From positions 5,045 to 69,044 of the forward strand of contig CBFHHO010000008.1 of NCBI GenBank assembly GCA_965655695.1: a DNA stretch of 64,000 bases, given 5' to 3'. Of this stretch, positions 38,396-48,203 are shown piece by piece. How positions within the stretch are numbered: the first letter of the stretch is position 1; each line of letters opens with the position of its first letter. This DNA is from an uncultured Schleiferiaceae bacterium (GTDB taxonomy: Bacteria > Bacteroidota > Bacteroidia > Flavobacteriales > Schleiferiaceae). Position numbers and translations under genes: made by a program. Below the pieces are notes generated by a model. The model was not told the origin of the DNA, made no database searches, and worked only from the letters and a program-made list of their open reading frames with translations.

Positions 38396-39437
38396 TAAAT
38401 GTAGGTCCTGATTTCGTGTAGTTTTCGAACTTACGAATTACCTCCATCATATCTTCTGGAATAACAGTATCAAAAGACATGTGTTCACCACTTTGCGGAT
38501 GCGTAAAGCCCAACGTCTTTGCATGGAGTGCATGACGCGGACAAGCTTTGAAACAATTCATAATGAATTGGCGGTATTTCGAAAATGAAGTTCCCTTCAA
38601 AATTTTATCGCCGCCGTAACGCTCGTCATTAAAGAGCGGGTGTCCCAAAAATCGCATGTGTGCACGAATCTGGTGCGTACGTCCGGTCTCTAACTTACAG
38701 CTGACCACTGTCACATATCCGAAGCGTTGCAGCACCTTGTAGTGCGTAACCGCGTGCTTTCCTTCCGAGCCGTCTGGGAATACAGCCATTTGCAAACGGT
38801 CCTTCAAACTGCGTCCTATGTGTCCCTCGATGGTACCTTCCTCTTGCTCGAGGTCTCCCCAAACAATCGCAACATATTCACGTGAAGTAGTACGGTCGTA
38901 AAATTGTTTTGCAAGACTACTCATGCCCAATTCAGACGCGGCTGCCACCATAACGCCCGAAGTGTCCTTATCTAAACGGTGTACTAACCCTGGGCGTTCC
39001 TCTCCTTGCTTTCCGATCGGTAAATTCTCCGCCAAAAACGCAAGTCCATGCACTAAGGTTCCCGTGTAATTTCCATGACCTGGGTGACACACCATACCGG
39101 GTGCTTTATTCAACACAATCACATGTTCGTCGCGGTGAACAATCTCAAGAGGCAGCTCTTCAGGACGAATATCTGAATCTCTCGGCTCATCGCCCAGCAC
39201 GATCTCGATGGCGTCACCCGCCTTCACCTTGAAGCTGCTCTTCACCACTTTACCGTTAACGGTCACGGTGCCTGCTTCGGCCGCTTTTTGAATTCTCGTT
39301 CTCGAGGTATCCGGCAGTTGATTCAGTAAAAATTTATCTACGCGAAGCAGCTCTTGACCTTCTTCTGCAACCAAGCGATGGTGTACAAATATTTCATCGA
39401 GTTGCACGTCTTCGTCGTGTGTAGGGTATTCTGACAT
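38382..39437 (-). CDS. rluD: RluA-family 23S rRNA pseudouridine synthase (RluD-like)
   Basis: 351 aa with an S4 domain (RVDKFLLNQL...) and the catalytic motif HRLDKDTSG. Confidence 0.9.
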   Translation of the reverse strand: MSEYPTHDEDVQLDEIFVHHRLVAEEGQELLRVDKFLLNQLPDTSRTRIQKAAEAGTVTVNGKVVKSSFKVKAGDAIEIVLGDEPRDSDIRPEELPLEIVHRDEHVIVLNKAPGMVCHPGHGNYTGTLVHGLAFLAENLPIGKQGEERPGLVHRLDKDTSGVMVAAASELGMSSLAKQFYDRTTSREYVAIVWGDLEQEEGTIEGHIGRSLKDRLQMAVFPDGSEGKHAVTHYKVLQRFGYVTVVSCKLETGRTHQIRAHMRFLGHPLFNDERYGGDKILKGTSFSKYRQFIMNCFKACPRHALHAKTLGFTHPQSGEHMSFDTVIPEDMMEVIRKFENYTKSGPTFSEQS

Positions 39438-39438
39438 A

Positions 39439-41253
39439 TTAAAGTTTCATCCACTTAAGGTGGTGTATAGCCTTCGATCCTGTGCACACCACTGTGTACA
39501 TCCCGGAAGGCAGGTGTGTGAAATCCAAGGGTTGCTGCTTAGGACAACGTCCCTCAAAAACACTTGCCCCTCGGACATCAAAAAGTTGAATATTTGCTCC
39601 GGCTGCGTCGATGTGGAGCATTCCATTCGAAGGATTCGGATACATTTTTGGAGCGGGTACGTGCTCGCCTGATCCCATATCGTTCTGCGTGTAATTAAAA
39701 TACGGTTGCAGCAGCAGCACTCCAGGCTCTAAGGACGGATACCAATTAAACCCATCCCCATAGAAACGCGGCATCGAAGTAGGCAGCTCGCGCTGCACGT
39801 CAAAACCGACATACAAGGGATCTGCACTCGTACAAACATAGCCGACCCAAATGTGCGGATAGCTCGCGATTGCCACCGCTGAATCCAGCTCATAAGGGAT
39901 CATATCATCGCGGTAATACCCCCAATTGGGTTCGTACAAGCTATCGCTGAGATAGATCAAATCCCCCGGTGCTCCCACAGAATCGGAAGGGCCCCACACA
40001 GCGAGTCTAAAGGTCGAAGTATATCTATTGCCTGCATCGACAAAGTTTAATCGAACCCCCATAAGAGAGTCGGTCATGCCTAGTCCCCCCGTCTGAAAGC
40101 GCTGAGCGACACGACCACCGTTAATATTTTGTACGGCATAGGCGCGTTCAGCCGAACCATCGTCTAACGACAAATAGTTGTCCAAACGCAACGTTTGATA
40201 CACGGTGTCGTTCGAACGGAATCCAGCGGCAGAACCGTCAAACCAAATCTTTGACTTCACGGTAGTCGGTCCATTCAAAAAGCTTAATGCATTGTTCGGC
40301 ACGTCCAACGTGAAGGTCTGGTCTATGTTGTGGCTGGTATTCGTCACTACTGCAACCGATGCACTTTGAGAAATGATTACGCCATTTTCTTCCCAGCGGT
40401 ATTGTCCGAGGTTTAAACTCCATCCTCCCGGCGGAACGACACCATTTCTGCGGTACACGTATTCTAAAGTCGTCGGAGAGTTATTCACTGCACTTGCTGA
40501 ACTCACCCACCACGGCCAGCTCGTGTAAGCACCGATGCCGATAAGCAAGGGATGGGCACGGGCGAAAGTAGGCTCAGTGATGATGGTATCGCTGTCCGAA
40601 CGGTCCTTGTCCAGCTGAACGTAGTCAATGTTCCAGATGTCATAGGCACCCGAACGTGCACCGTAACTGCCGATGCGAAATGCAAATCCATCTTGTAAAT
40701 ATTCAGGCCCGGTTACAGGCATGATGGCAGACCGAAAAGGTGTACTGCCGCCTGTGCCGGTAATCCCCCACTGATAGCTCCAGGTTTGCGTCACTGGCGA
40801 CCAAAACTCAACGACTAAGCTATCGCTGGCAGAAGGAGCTTCTCCTGTTCCGGCGCGCTGGTACTGAAAAGAGAGCCAAACATTATTCATTCCGCTCAGA
40901 TTCAAATATGCGCTGGTCAACACATCCGCTAAACTATCCGAATTTAACGACCCCGGTTTGTAAGCAAAGCCATAGGCATTCAGTCCATCAAAAGTGGCAA
41001 CGCCGATGCTGTTTTGGAACAATGCATATTCGTCATTGATCAATACTTTTTGATCCTGCCAGAGGCGCGGATTAGGACGTTTACTCGGGTACGAAAAATC
41101 ATCGACAAAAGGCGGCACTAACGTATCTGTAGACTCTGCAATTCCTTTCCATTCGAGCGGGGCACTAGTGAGCACCTCGGAAGTCTCGACCACCTGAGCG
41201 ACAAGCGATTGCGAGCTAAAAACTAGAAGTAGAAATAGGTATCTAGAGTACAT
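39439..41253 (-). CDS. secreted protein with a T9SS C-terminal sorting domain (beta-sandwich, MAM/choice-of-anchor-J-like N-terminal modules)
   Basis: 604 aa with a signal peptide (MYSRYLFLLLVFSSQSLVAQ). The C-terminal ~70 aa, KMYPNPSNGMLHIDAAG...LPSGMYTVVC..., fit the Por/T9SS CTD pattern. The N-terminal domain assignment is tentative. Confidence 0.75.
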   Translation of the reverse strand: MYSRYLFLLLVFSSQSLVAQVVETSEVLTSAPLEWKGIAESTDTLVPPFVDDFSYPSKRPNPRLWQDQKVLINDEYALFQNSIGVATFDGLNAYGFAYKPGSLNSDSLADVLTSAYLNLSGMNNVWLSFQYQRAGTGEAPSASDSLVVEFWSPVTQTWSYQWGITGTGGSTPFRSAIMPVTGPEYLQDGFAFRIGSYGARSGAYDIWNIDYVQLDKDRSDSDTIITEPTFARAHPLLIGIGAYTSWPWWVSSASAVNNSPTTLEYVYRRNGVVPPGGWSLNLGQYRWEENGVIISQSASVAVVTNTSHNIDQTFTLDVPNNALSFLNGPTTVKSKIWFDGSAAGFRSNDTVYQTLRLDNYLSLDDGSAERAYAVQNINGGRVAQRFQTGGLGMTDSLMGVRLNFVDAGNRYTSTFRLAVWGPSDSVGAPGDLIYLSDSLYEPNWGYYRDDMIPYELDSAVAIASYPHIWVGYVCTSADPLYVGFDVQRELPTSMPRFYGDGFNWYPSLEPGVLLLQPYFNYTQNDMGSGEHVPAPKMYPNPSNGMLHIDAAGANIQLFDVRGASVFEGRCPKQQPLDFTHLPSGMYTVVCTGSKAIHHLKWMKL

Positions 41254-42076
41254 CGAGCGTATCTATAGTTAACGAATCTAACACCGGTTGAACGGGTACT
41301 CTCGAGCTATCAGCCACTAGCCACAGATCCACAGCACTACCTGCACCTACCTCCACTTCGAGGTCATAGGCAGGGAACTGCTTCATGATGAATGCCCCAG
41401 CAGTATCTTCAATCTCATCCATGAAAATGAGCGCACCCTCGTTCAAGCTGAAAGAACTTAAAGTGGTTCTGGCTTCCCCGTAGGTTAATCCGATCAATTC
41501 TGGCAAGTATACTGTTCGACCGTCTTGTCCTGCACTCACATAAAGCGTGAACGAAGATCCCGTAGGATACGGCTGTTGCTCCTCTGCTTCAAGCCCCTTT
41601 TCATCGAGCACTTTTAGTACAAGATCATGACTTAAATCTGGAATCATCACGACACTGTCGATCAAAAAGCCTTTCGTTTTGAATTTTCCGCTCACATAAC
41701 TCACGAGCTGATCTCGGTAGTTTGGCAACGGATATTTTGGCAACGTGGCGGGGTTCGTCGTAAGCAAGATGGTTCTGCCCAATTTCACTTTTTGGTACTC
41801 CCTCGGGAAACTTTCCACCACCGCACCTTCTGCAATACCGGGAACATAGTGGGTACTATCAATCACCTCGTATTGCAGGCCTAGCGAGTCTAGCTGGGCC
41901 ATAGCCTGTTCAAGTTGAAGGAGTTTCAGGTTCGGAACTTCCACCGTTTTCCCGTGATGGGTCACCGATTTCAGCCAATACAAACTCCCGAATATGGACA
42001 CGACTACCACCACAATCGCGGCGGCAGCGGTCTTCAAAAACGTCTTCGAAAAGAGATATCGTAGCCAGTGCTTCAT
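41243..42076 (-). CDS. PASTA domain-containing membrane protein
   Basis: The ATG at 42076 (MKHWLRYLFSKTFLKTAAAAIVVVVV...) gives a single N-terminal TM helix followed by three PASTA-like repeats (VEVPNL..., PLPNYRDQ..., YLPELIGLTYGEA...). The ORF track start at 42124 is longer. Confidence 0.8.
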   Translation of the reverse strand: MKHWLRYLFSKTFLKTAAAAIVVVVVSIFGSLYWLKSVTHHGKTVEVPNLKLLQLEQAMAQLDSLGLQYEVIDSTHYVPGIAEGAVVESFPREYQKVKLGRTILLTTNPATLPKYPLPNYRDQLVSYVSGKFKTKGFLIDSVVMIPDLSHDLVLKVLDEKGLEAEEQQPYPTGSSFTLYVSAGQDGRTVYLPELIGLTYGEARTTLSSFSLNEGALIFMDEIEDTAGAFIMKQFPAYDLEVEVGAGSAVDLWLVADSSRVPVQPVLDSLTIDTLDVL

Positions 42077-42137
42077 GGTGTAAAGATACTTGTTATACAC
42101 CCTTTGGCGAAAACCGTTGTGCATTACATTTACATCT

Positions 42138-43112
42138 ATGGAAAACGCTCAAAAAACCATCGTCGTATTGGCCGGAGGATTTTCTTCCGAGCACCACATC
42201 AGCGTCGCTTCTGGGAAGACGGCCTACACCGCATTTTTGGAAGCTGGGTTCAACACACTTTTTATTGTCTTAACTAAAGAAGGATTCTTCAACGGAGAGG
42301 AAAAAGTGCACATCGGTGAACTCCAAGCGGACTACGTGTTTAACTGCATCCACGGCACGCCTGGCGAGGACGGTCACATGAGCGGATTTCTCAACGTACT
42401 CCAACTCCCCCATAGCACGTGTGACACCTTTGAAAGCGCACTTACATTCAATAAGGCGCAGTGCAATCAGCTTTTGAGATTGGGTGGATTTGAAGTGCCC
42501 AAAGGCCAATTATTTCATGCATTCCCTGGCGTCGAAGCCTTTGAATCGTGGCATTTTCCACTGTTTATAAAACCGAACTGTTCCGGCTCGAGTTTTGGGG
42601 TCACCAAAGTCGAAGCGGCCGAAGCACTTGAAGCGGCTTTTGAATACGCACAGAGCGAGGGCGGCGCAGTGCTTGTCGAAGAGGGAATTTCTGGCACAGA
42701 AGTAGGTTGTGGAGTCTTGTCCACAGCCTTTGATTTTGAACAAGGCACAACACTGGAACAGGCGCATCCGCAGTCGATCGCCATCACGGAGATCGTTCCT
42801 ACTGAGGCGGGATTTTTTGACTACGAAGCAAAATATGAAGGGAAGTCCCAGGAAATTACGCCTGCGAGGATTTCGGCGGAATTGGACCAAAAAATAAAGC
42901 AACTTTCGACCGAAGTCTACCGCTACCTCAACCTACGTGGCATCATTCGCATCGACTACATCATTACTAGCGCAGGAACGCCAGTGCTCATCGAGGTCAA
43001 CAGCATTCCGGGACTCAGTCCTGCATCGATCGTACCGCAGCAGTTGCAACACCGAGGCTGGTCGCTCAGCAAAGTGCTCGAGACTATGGTACATGAAGCT
43101 TTAGCACAATAA
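42138..43112 (+). CDS. ddl: D-alanine--D-alanine ligase
   Basis: The ATG at 42138 gives MENAQKTIVVLAGGFSSEHHISVASG... (324 aa) with an ATP-grasp C-terminal part (IIRIDYI...LIEVNSIPGLS). Confidence 0.93.
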   Translation: MENAQKTIVVLAGGFSSEHHISVASGKTAYTAFLEAGFNTLFIVLTKEGFFNGEEKVHIGELQADYVFNCIHGTPGEDGHMSGFLNVLQLPHSTCDTFESALTFNKAQCNQLLRLGGFEVPKGQLFHAFPGVEAFESWHFPLFIKPNCSGSSFGVTKVEAAEALEAAFEYAQSEGGAVLVEEGISGTEVGCGVLSTAFDFEQGTTLEQAHPQSIAITEIVPTEAGFFDYEAKYEGKSQEITPARISAELDQKIKQLSTEVYRYLNLRGIIRIDYIITSAGTPVLIEVNSIPGLSPASIVPQQLQHRGWSLSKVLETMVHEALAQ

Positions 43113-43127
43113 ACGTATCTTTCGAAG

Positions 43128-43589
43128 ATGGAACGCATTGCATTATTTCCGGGCTCATTTGACCCCATCACTTTAGGCCACGTGGACATCATCGAACGTG
43201 CGCTGCCACTTTTTGACAAGATCATCATCGCTGTTGGGACCAACTCTGCGAAGAAATACATGTTCACACTCGAGCAACGCCTTACTTGGATTAAAGAAGC
43301 GTTCAAAGACGAACCAAAAATTCAGGTAGTCACCTATACCGGCCTAACCGTAGATTTCGCACAGTCCTCAGGAGCAGATTTCTTATTGCGCGGATTGAGA
43401 AACCCAGCAGATTTCGAATTTGAAAAAGCAATCGCTCAGGCCAACAGACAGCTGGTACCTACTCTAGAGACGGTCTTTCTTCTCACCAGTGCGCGTTATG
43501 CCTACATTTCCTCGAGCATTGTACGAGAAGTGTATTTGCACGGTGGGAACTTTGCAGAATTTGTACCTGCAAGCGTACGTCCAGAATAA
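43128..43589 (+). CDS. coaD: pantetheine-phosphate adenylyltransferase
   Basis: 153 aa starting MERIALFPGSFDPITLGHVDII...ISSSIVRE, the CoaD hallmarks. Confidence 0.96.
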   Translation: MERIALFPGSFDPITLGHVDIIERALPLFDKIIIAVGTNSAKKYMFTLEQRLTWIKEAFKDEPKIQVVTYTGLTVDFAQSSGADFLLRGLRNPADFEFEKAIAQANRQLVPTLETVFLLTSARYAYISSSIVREVYLHGGNFAEFVPASVRPE

Positions 43590-43592
43590 CAG

Positions 43593-44213
43593 TTACTCTT
43601 CGCTGTATCGAGCGAAACGGCGCAGCTCGTCTTCCAAACTGTTGTACACCGGCATGACCTCCATCCGTTCTCGAAGCATTTCTGGGGTGGCCCAATACAC
43701 GGCCGTGATCCCTTCTTCAATCTGCGGTTTCAATTTCTTTTCGTACTCCGTAGTCATCGGGTACCAAAACGTGGTCTTCAAAGCATAATCGCCTTTGTAT
43801 GGATAGCAATGATAGGTTTTAACCGCCGGTCCAGTGATTTTTAGTCGTTTCACGCGGCATTCTTCTTTCACTTCACGAACAGCGCATGTTTCAATAGTCT
43901 CATCCGGATCCAATTTCCCTTTGGGCATATCAATCTTGCCATTGCGCTCGATGATCAGCAGTTCGCCCGAAGCGTTTTTCACCCAACCTCCACCGGCAAT
44001 GATGTGGTGGTGCTGCGTTAGAAATATATCCCAAAACGGATGCTCAGAACCGATCTCCAGCACTTGAGAAAAAGACCCCTCATACACTGCCTTGAGCCAC
44101 TTGCGCAGCTTCTTCACTGTAGATAACGTGTTAATAAACTCGGGTGCATTCTTCCCAGGAACAGGGATCAAAACCGAGCGATGAATAAAAAGTTTGGTGT
44201 AGTTTTGCAGCAT
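43593..44213 (-). CDS. NUDIX hydrolase
   Basis: Nudix box GKLDPDETIETCAVREVKEECRV. Start chosen at the ATG at 44213; an alternative in-frame ATG at 44273 would overlap pyrE by 62 nt. Confidence 0.8.
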   Translation of the reverse strand: MLQNYTKLFIHRSVLIPVPGKNAPEFINTLSTVKKLRKWLKAVYEGSFSQVLEIGSEHPFWDIFLTQHHHIIAGGGWVKNASGELLIIERNGKIDMPKGKLDPDETIETCAVREVKEECRVKRLKITGPAVKTYHCYPYKGDYALKTTFWYPMTTEYEKKLKPQIEEGITAVYWATPEMLRERMEVMPVYNSLEDELRRFARYSEE

Positions 44214-44853
44214 GATACAGAACAAAGAAACAGCACTCAGAACCGCCGAGAGCTTATTGCAAATTAAAGCCATAAAACTTCAACCGGAAAATCCATTTAC
44301 ATGGGCGAGCGGTTGGAAGAGTCCCATCTACTGTGACAACAGGCTGACATTAAGTTTCCCGACCATTAGAAACTACCTGAAAATGGAGTTTGCGAAGCAA
44401 ATCGAGGAAATCTACGGCAAGCCTGACTACATCGCTGGAGTAGCAACAGGAGCCATCGCAATAGGTGTCCTAGTTGCTGAGTTTCTTGGAGTTCCTTTCA
44501 TTTACGTACGTGACAAAGCAAAAGGTCACGGCCGCCAGAATCAAGTCGAAGGATTTTTCGAACCAGGGTCGAACGTGGTGGTGATCGAAGATCTCGTTTC
44601 AACAGGAGGTTCATCGCTCAAAGCGGTAGCAGCTCTCAAGGAGGCTGGTGCTCGTGTGTTAGGCATGATGGCCATTTTCACCTACGACTTCCCGATCGCT
44701 ACGGAAAATTTTGAAGCCGCCAAAGTGCGCTTGCATACCTTGAGTGACTACCACCACCTGTTGGAGCAGGCCGTTCACCAAGGTTCGATTAGTGAGAATA
44801 GCGTTGAGATTTTAAAGGAATGGCGTAAAGACCCATCTGTTTGGGGAAAGTAA
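44212..44853 (+). CDS. pyrE: orotate phosphoribosyltransferase
   Basis: 213 aa containing ...IKLQPENPFTWASGWKSPIYCDNR... and the PRPP-binding motif VVVIEDLVSTGGSS. Confidence 0.95.
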   Translation: MIQNKETALRTAESLLQIKAIKLQPENPFTWASGWKSPIYCDNRLTLSFPTIRNYLKMEFAKQIEEIYGKPDYIAGVATGAIAIGVLVAEFLGVPFIYVRDKAKGHGRQNQVEGFFEPGSNVVVIEDLVSTGGSSLKAVAALKEAGARVLGMMAIFTYDFPIATENFEAAKVRLHTLSDYHHLLEQAVHQGSISENSVEILKEWRKDPSVWGK

Positions 44854-44858
44854 GCTAC

Positions 44859-45593
44859 TCAATCCACAAGTGGATTTTTCCATTGTATAGCGTCCAAGTC
44901 ATAGGCTTGGACGTTTTTTGTTGTGGCCAATTCCAATAACAATTGTCCCCGGTCATTCACCCCGACCACTCGCCCCTCGAACTCCTCGCCCAAGTCACTC
45001 GTGTAGATGCGCGCCTCTAACTTCCCCCACAGTAGCTGCGTATAACGACGCTCGAGTAGCGCACGATTCGCGATAGCCATTTTTTGACTGCGCAAACTTT
45101 GCACCACCTCATCCACCACTTCGCTCGGGGTTATATCCATGCCTATTTCTTCCAACGATATCGACCGCACAGGTCCATTTTCTAGTGCCTTGACATTCAT
45201 TCCTAGGCCTATGGTTGAGGTCCGAATGCCGTCACTTCCCCAATGATTTTCGATCAAAAGTCCGCCCAATTTTTTATCGCCCACCATCAGGTCATTGGGC
45301 CATTTGAATTGGACACGAAAAGGCAAGATGGCACCCAAACAGTGGCAGACCCACCGGTTCACATCGAAACTCTGAACGACTGGATGCTCCCATTTGACAT
45401 AAATGGACATCAGCGCGCACTTTCCAGGCTCGTCCTGCCAAACTGACACTCCACGACCTCTTCCGCTTCCTTGCACATCCGAAACGACGGTTGTAAAATC
45501 CTCCAAAGCCCCGTTATCACGGAGCCTGCGCTTGATTTCACTCTGTGTAGAATCAATAGTTTTAAAGGAAAAAAGTGGGTAGCTTTGTGCCAT
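44859..45593 (-). CDS. birA: biotin--[acetyl-CoA-carboxylase] ligase (group I, no HTH)
   Basis: The ATG at 45593 gives MAQSYPLFSFKTIDSTQSE... with the GRGRGVSVWQDEPG (GRGRxGR-like) motif. The ORF track start at 45653 is GTG. Confidence 0.85.
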   Translation of the reverse strand: MAQSYPLFSFKTIDSTQSEIKRRLRDNGALEDFTTVVSDVQGSGRGRGVSVWQDEPGKCALMSIYVKWEHPVVQSFDVNRWVCHCLGAILPFRVQFKWPNDLMVGDKKLGGLLIENHWGSDGIRTSTIGLGMNVKALENGPVRSISLEEIGMDITPSEVVDEVVQSLRSQKMAIANRALLERRYTQLLWGKLEARIYTSDLGEEFEGRVVGVNDRGQLLLELATTKNVQAYDLDAIQWKNPLVD

Positions 45594-45623
45594 TGTGCCG
45601 CTTCTGCATGTAAAGCCTAAATA

Positions 45624-45639
45624 TGGCACATGTTTTGGT
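45624..45639 (+). promoter_or_regulatory. sigma-54-type -24/-12-like element TGGCACA-tgtt-TTGGT upstream of rsfS-ftsH
   Basis: TGGCAC is perfect and the spacing to G(-13) is correct; the -12 C is replaced by G. It ends 33 nt upstream of the rsfS ATG at 45672. Confidence 0.35.
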
Positions 45640-45671
45640 ATTTTACACTTCACAAAAGATAAATAGATTTA

Positions 45672-46043
45672 ATGCATACGAAACCAGAAGCTTCATCAGA
45701 GCTCGTTCAAAAGTTTGTCGTAGATGGACTTCAAGAGATAAAAGGCGAAAACATCACTGTCCTCGACTTAAGAGAGATTGAAAACGCCGTGACCGATTTT
45801 TTCATCATCGCAGAAGGAAATTCCAATACACAAGTGAATGCTTTATCAGAAAGCGTGCACAAAAGTGTCCGTGAGAATGTTGGAGATAGACCATGGCACG
45901 TGGAAGGCCGCGATAATGCAGAATGGGTACTGATGGACTACGTAAATGTGGTTGTTCATATTTTCCAAAAAGGAATCCGAGAGTTTTACGACCTCGAAGG
46001 CCTTTGGGGAGATGCTGAAGTAAGCCACATTGAAAACCTCTAA
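45672..46043 (+). CDS. rsfS: ribosome silencing factor RsfS
   Basis: 123 aa containing ...ENITVLDLREIENAVTDFFIIAEGNSNTQV...WVLMDYVNVVVHIF, the RsfS/IojAP pattern. Canonical position upstream of ftsH in Bacteroidota. Confidence 0.92.
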   Translation: MHTKPEASSELVQKFVVDGLQEIKGENITVLDLREIENAVTDFFIIAEGNSNTQVNALSESVHKSVRENVGDRPWHVEGRDNAEWVLMDYVNVVVHIFQKGIREFYDLEGLWGDAEVSHIENL

Positions 46044-46050
46044 TGAACAT

Positions 46051-48180
46051 ATGGCAGACCAAAAAAATCCAAAACAAATAGACAAGCTCAAGCAGCAGTT
46101 TGCCCGCAACAACGGATCGAACAACAAGGGCAAAGGTCCAGGTGGCCCGAAGAAAACCGGGTTCAATTTTTACTGGATCTACGCGATCGTATTTGCCCTG
46201 TTCATCGGGATGCAAATCTTCAGCGCCATGAGCTTCAGAGCAGAATCCACCAACTACCGTGAGTTTGAGCAAGCGCTCGACCTAGGAGACGTGGATCGTG
46301 TAAACATCGTCAACGAGAAGAAAATTCAGGTCTTCATCAAAGAAGAGAGCCTGCTTTCGAACGAACGTTACGAGAAAGTCAAAAACTCCAACCTCAGTGA
46401 CGCGGTCAATCCTGGCCCGCACTATGTGTTTGAAATGCCGCTGACCTCGTTTGAAGACCGCTTGAACAACTACTACGACGAACGCTCAGAAGGCGAACGC
46501 ATCGCAGTAAACTACGAGACGCAAGACAACTTCCTCGGAGACATCATTTCCTGGATCTTACCACTCGTGCTAATGATCGCTGTATGGCTGTTCATCATGC
46601 GCAGAATGTCCGGTGGCGGCGCTCCGGGTGCAGGTGGTGGCTCCCAGATTTTCAACATCGGAAAATCGAAGGCGAAGGTCTTTGATAAAGACACCGAAGT
46701 AAAAACCACTTTCGAAGAGGTGGCTGGTATGACCGGTGCCAAAGAGGAAGTATTGGAGATCGTGGACTTCTTGAAAAATCCAAAGAAATATACCGACCTC
46801 GGTGGGCGTATACCGAAAGGTGTTATGCTTTCAGGGCCTCCGGGAACGGGTAAAACATTACTAGCGAAAGCCGTTGCTGGTGAAGCGAAAGTGCCGTTTT
46901 TCTCACTCTCCGGTTCAGATTTCGTAGAGATGTTCGTAGGTGTGGGTGCTTCGAGAGTACGCGACCTGTTCAAACAAGCCAAAGAAAAATCACCGTGTAT
47001 CATCTTTATTGATGAGATTGATGCGATCGGTCGTGCACGCGGCAAGAATAACTTCAGCGGTGGTAACGACGAGCGTGAAAACACGCTGAACCAGCTCTTG
47101 ACAGAAATGGACGGTTTCGGTACAAACGAGCATGTGATCATCATGGCTGCGACCAACCGCGCAGACATTCTAGACCGCGCGTTGATGCGTGCAGGTCGTT
47201 TCGACCGCATCATCTATGTTGATTTGCCAGAACTCAGCGAACGTGAAGCCATTTTCAACGTACACTTGAAAGGCATTAAAAACGACGATAGTTTGGACGT
47301 GAGCTTGCTTGCGAAACAAACACCAGGATTCTCTGGAGCAGATATCGCTAACGTGTGTAATGAAGCGGCACTGATCGCCGCACGTCGTGGAGACACTGCA
47401 GTGAATAAGCAGCACTTCAATGACGCGATTGACCGTATTGTTGGAGGTTTGGAAAAGAAAACAAAAATCATCACTCCTTCCGAGAAGAAGGTTATCGCCT
47501 ATCACGAAGCAGGGCATGCGGCAACGAGCTGGTTGCTCGAACATGCAGCACCGCTTGTGAAGGTGACGATTGTACCGCGTGGACGCTCTTTAGGCGCTGC
47601 TTGGTACCTTCCAGAAGAGCGTCAGATCACCACTTCAGAGCAGATGCTCGACGAGATGTGTGCTACGATGGGGGGTCGCGCTGCAGAGAAAGTGGTGTTC
47701 GGAAAGATCTCAACGGGTGCGCTAAGTGACTTGGAAAAGGTGACGAAGCAGGCACGTGCGATGGTTACGGTGTATGGACTCAATGATGAATTGGGCAATG
47801 TAACGTATTACGATTCGCAAGGTCAGAACGAATATCAGATGGACAAACCGTATTCCGAGGAGACGGCCGTTGTGATCGATAAAGAGATCAGTAAAATCAT
47901 CGAAGGACAGTACGAGCGCGCCATCCAAATTTTGGAAGACAACCGTGATAAACTCGATGAACTTGCGCAGCTGTTGCTTGACAAAGAAGTCATCTTCAAG
48001 GAAAACGTGGAAGAGATTTTCGGAAAACGCCCGTGGGTGAAGGAAGAAATCGAAGAAGCGAAAATCGTGGAAACCGAAGAAGCTCCTGCCCCAGAAGAGG
48101 TTGCTACTGAAGAGACGGTGGAAAATGAAGCTGCAGATGCTACTGAAGCTGCAGAAGAAACAAAGCCTAGCGCTGAATAA
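46051..48180 (+). CDS. ftsH: ATP-dependent zinc metalloprotease FtsH
   Basis: ATG at 46051 (MADQKNPKQ...). Walker A GPPGTGKT, Walker [12 protein letters not shown], and the HEAGHA zinc motif. It has an acidic E/A/T/P-rich C-terminal tail. Confidence 0.96.
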   Translation: MADQKNPKQIDKLKQQFARNNGSNNKGKGPGGPKKTGFNFYWIYAIVFALFIGMQIFSAMSFRAESTNYREFEQALDLGDVDRVNIVNEKKIQVFIKEESLLSNERYEKVKNSNLSDAVNPGPHYVFEMPLTSFEDRLNNYYDERSEGERIAVNYETQDNFLGDIISWILPLVLMIAVWLFIMRRMSGGGAPGAGGGSQIFNIGKSKAKVFDKDTEVKTTFEEVAGMTGAKEEVLEIVDFLKNPKKYTDLGGRIPKGVMLSGPPGTGKTLLAKAVAGEAKVPFFSLSGSDFVEMFVGVGASRVRDLFKQAKEKSPCIIFIDEIDAIGRARGKNNFSGGNDERENTLNQLLTEMDGFGTNEHVIIMAATNRADILDRALMRAGRFDRIIYVDLPELSEREAIFNVHLKGIKNDDSLDVSLLAKQTPGFSGADIANVCNEAALIAARRGDTAVNKQHFNDAIDRIVGGLEKKTKIITPSEKKVIAYHEAGHAATSWLLEHAAPLVKVTIVPRGRSLGAAWYLPEERQITTSEQMLDEMCATMGGRAAEKVVFGKISTGALSDLEKVTKQARAMVTVYGLNDELGNVTYYDSQGQNEYQMDKPYSEETAVVIDKEISKIIEGQYERAIQILEDNRDKLDELAQLLLDKEVIFKENVEEIFGKRPWVKEEIEEAKIVETEEAPAPEEVATEETVENEAADATEAAEETKPSAE

Positions 48181-48203
48181 GCGATTCATAGAATTGGTAA
48201 AAA

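Noticed and set aside
46512-47213. Long antisense ORFs inside well-supported genes. Examples: 46512-47213 in ftsH, 53779-54507 in lon, 33450-34067 in copA, 27319-27825 in MscS, 19656-20135 in the helicase, 57666-58073 in a lipoprotein gene and 45805-46272 across rsfS/ftsH.
   Set aside because: All are low-complexity, Ser/Pro/Arg-rich translations opposite strongly conserved proteins. This is typical frame-shadow behaviour in coding DNA of about 50% GC, with no independent signals.
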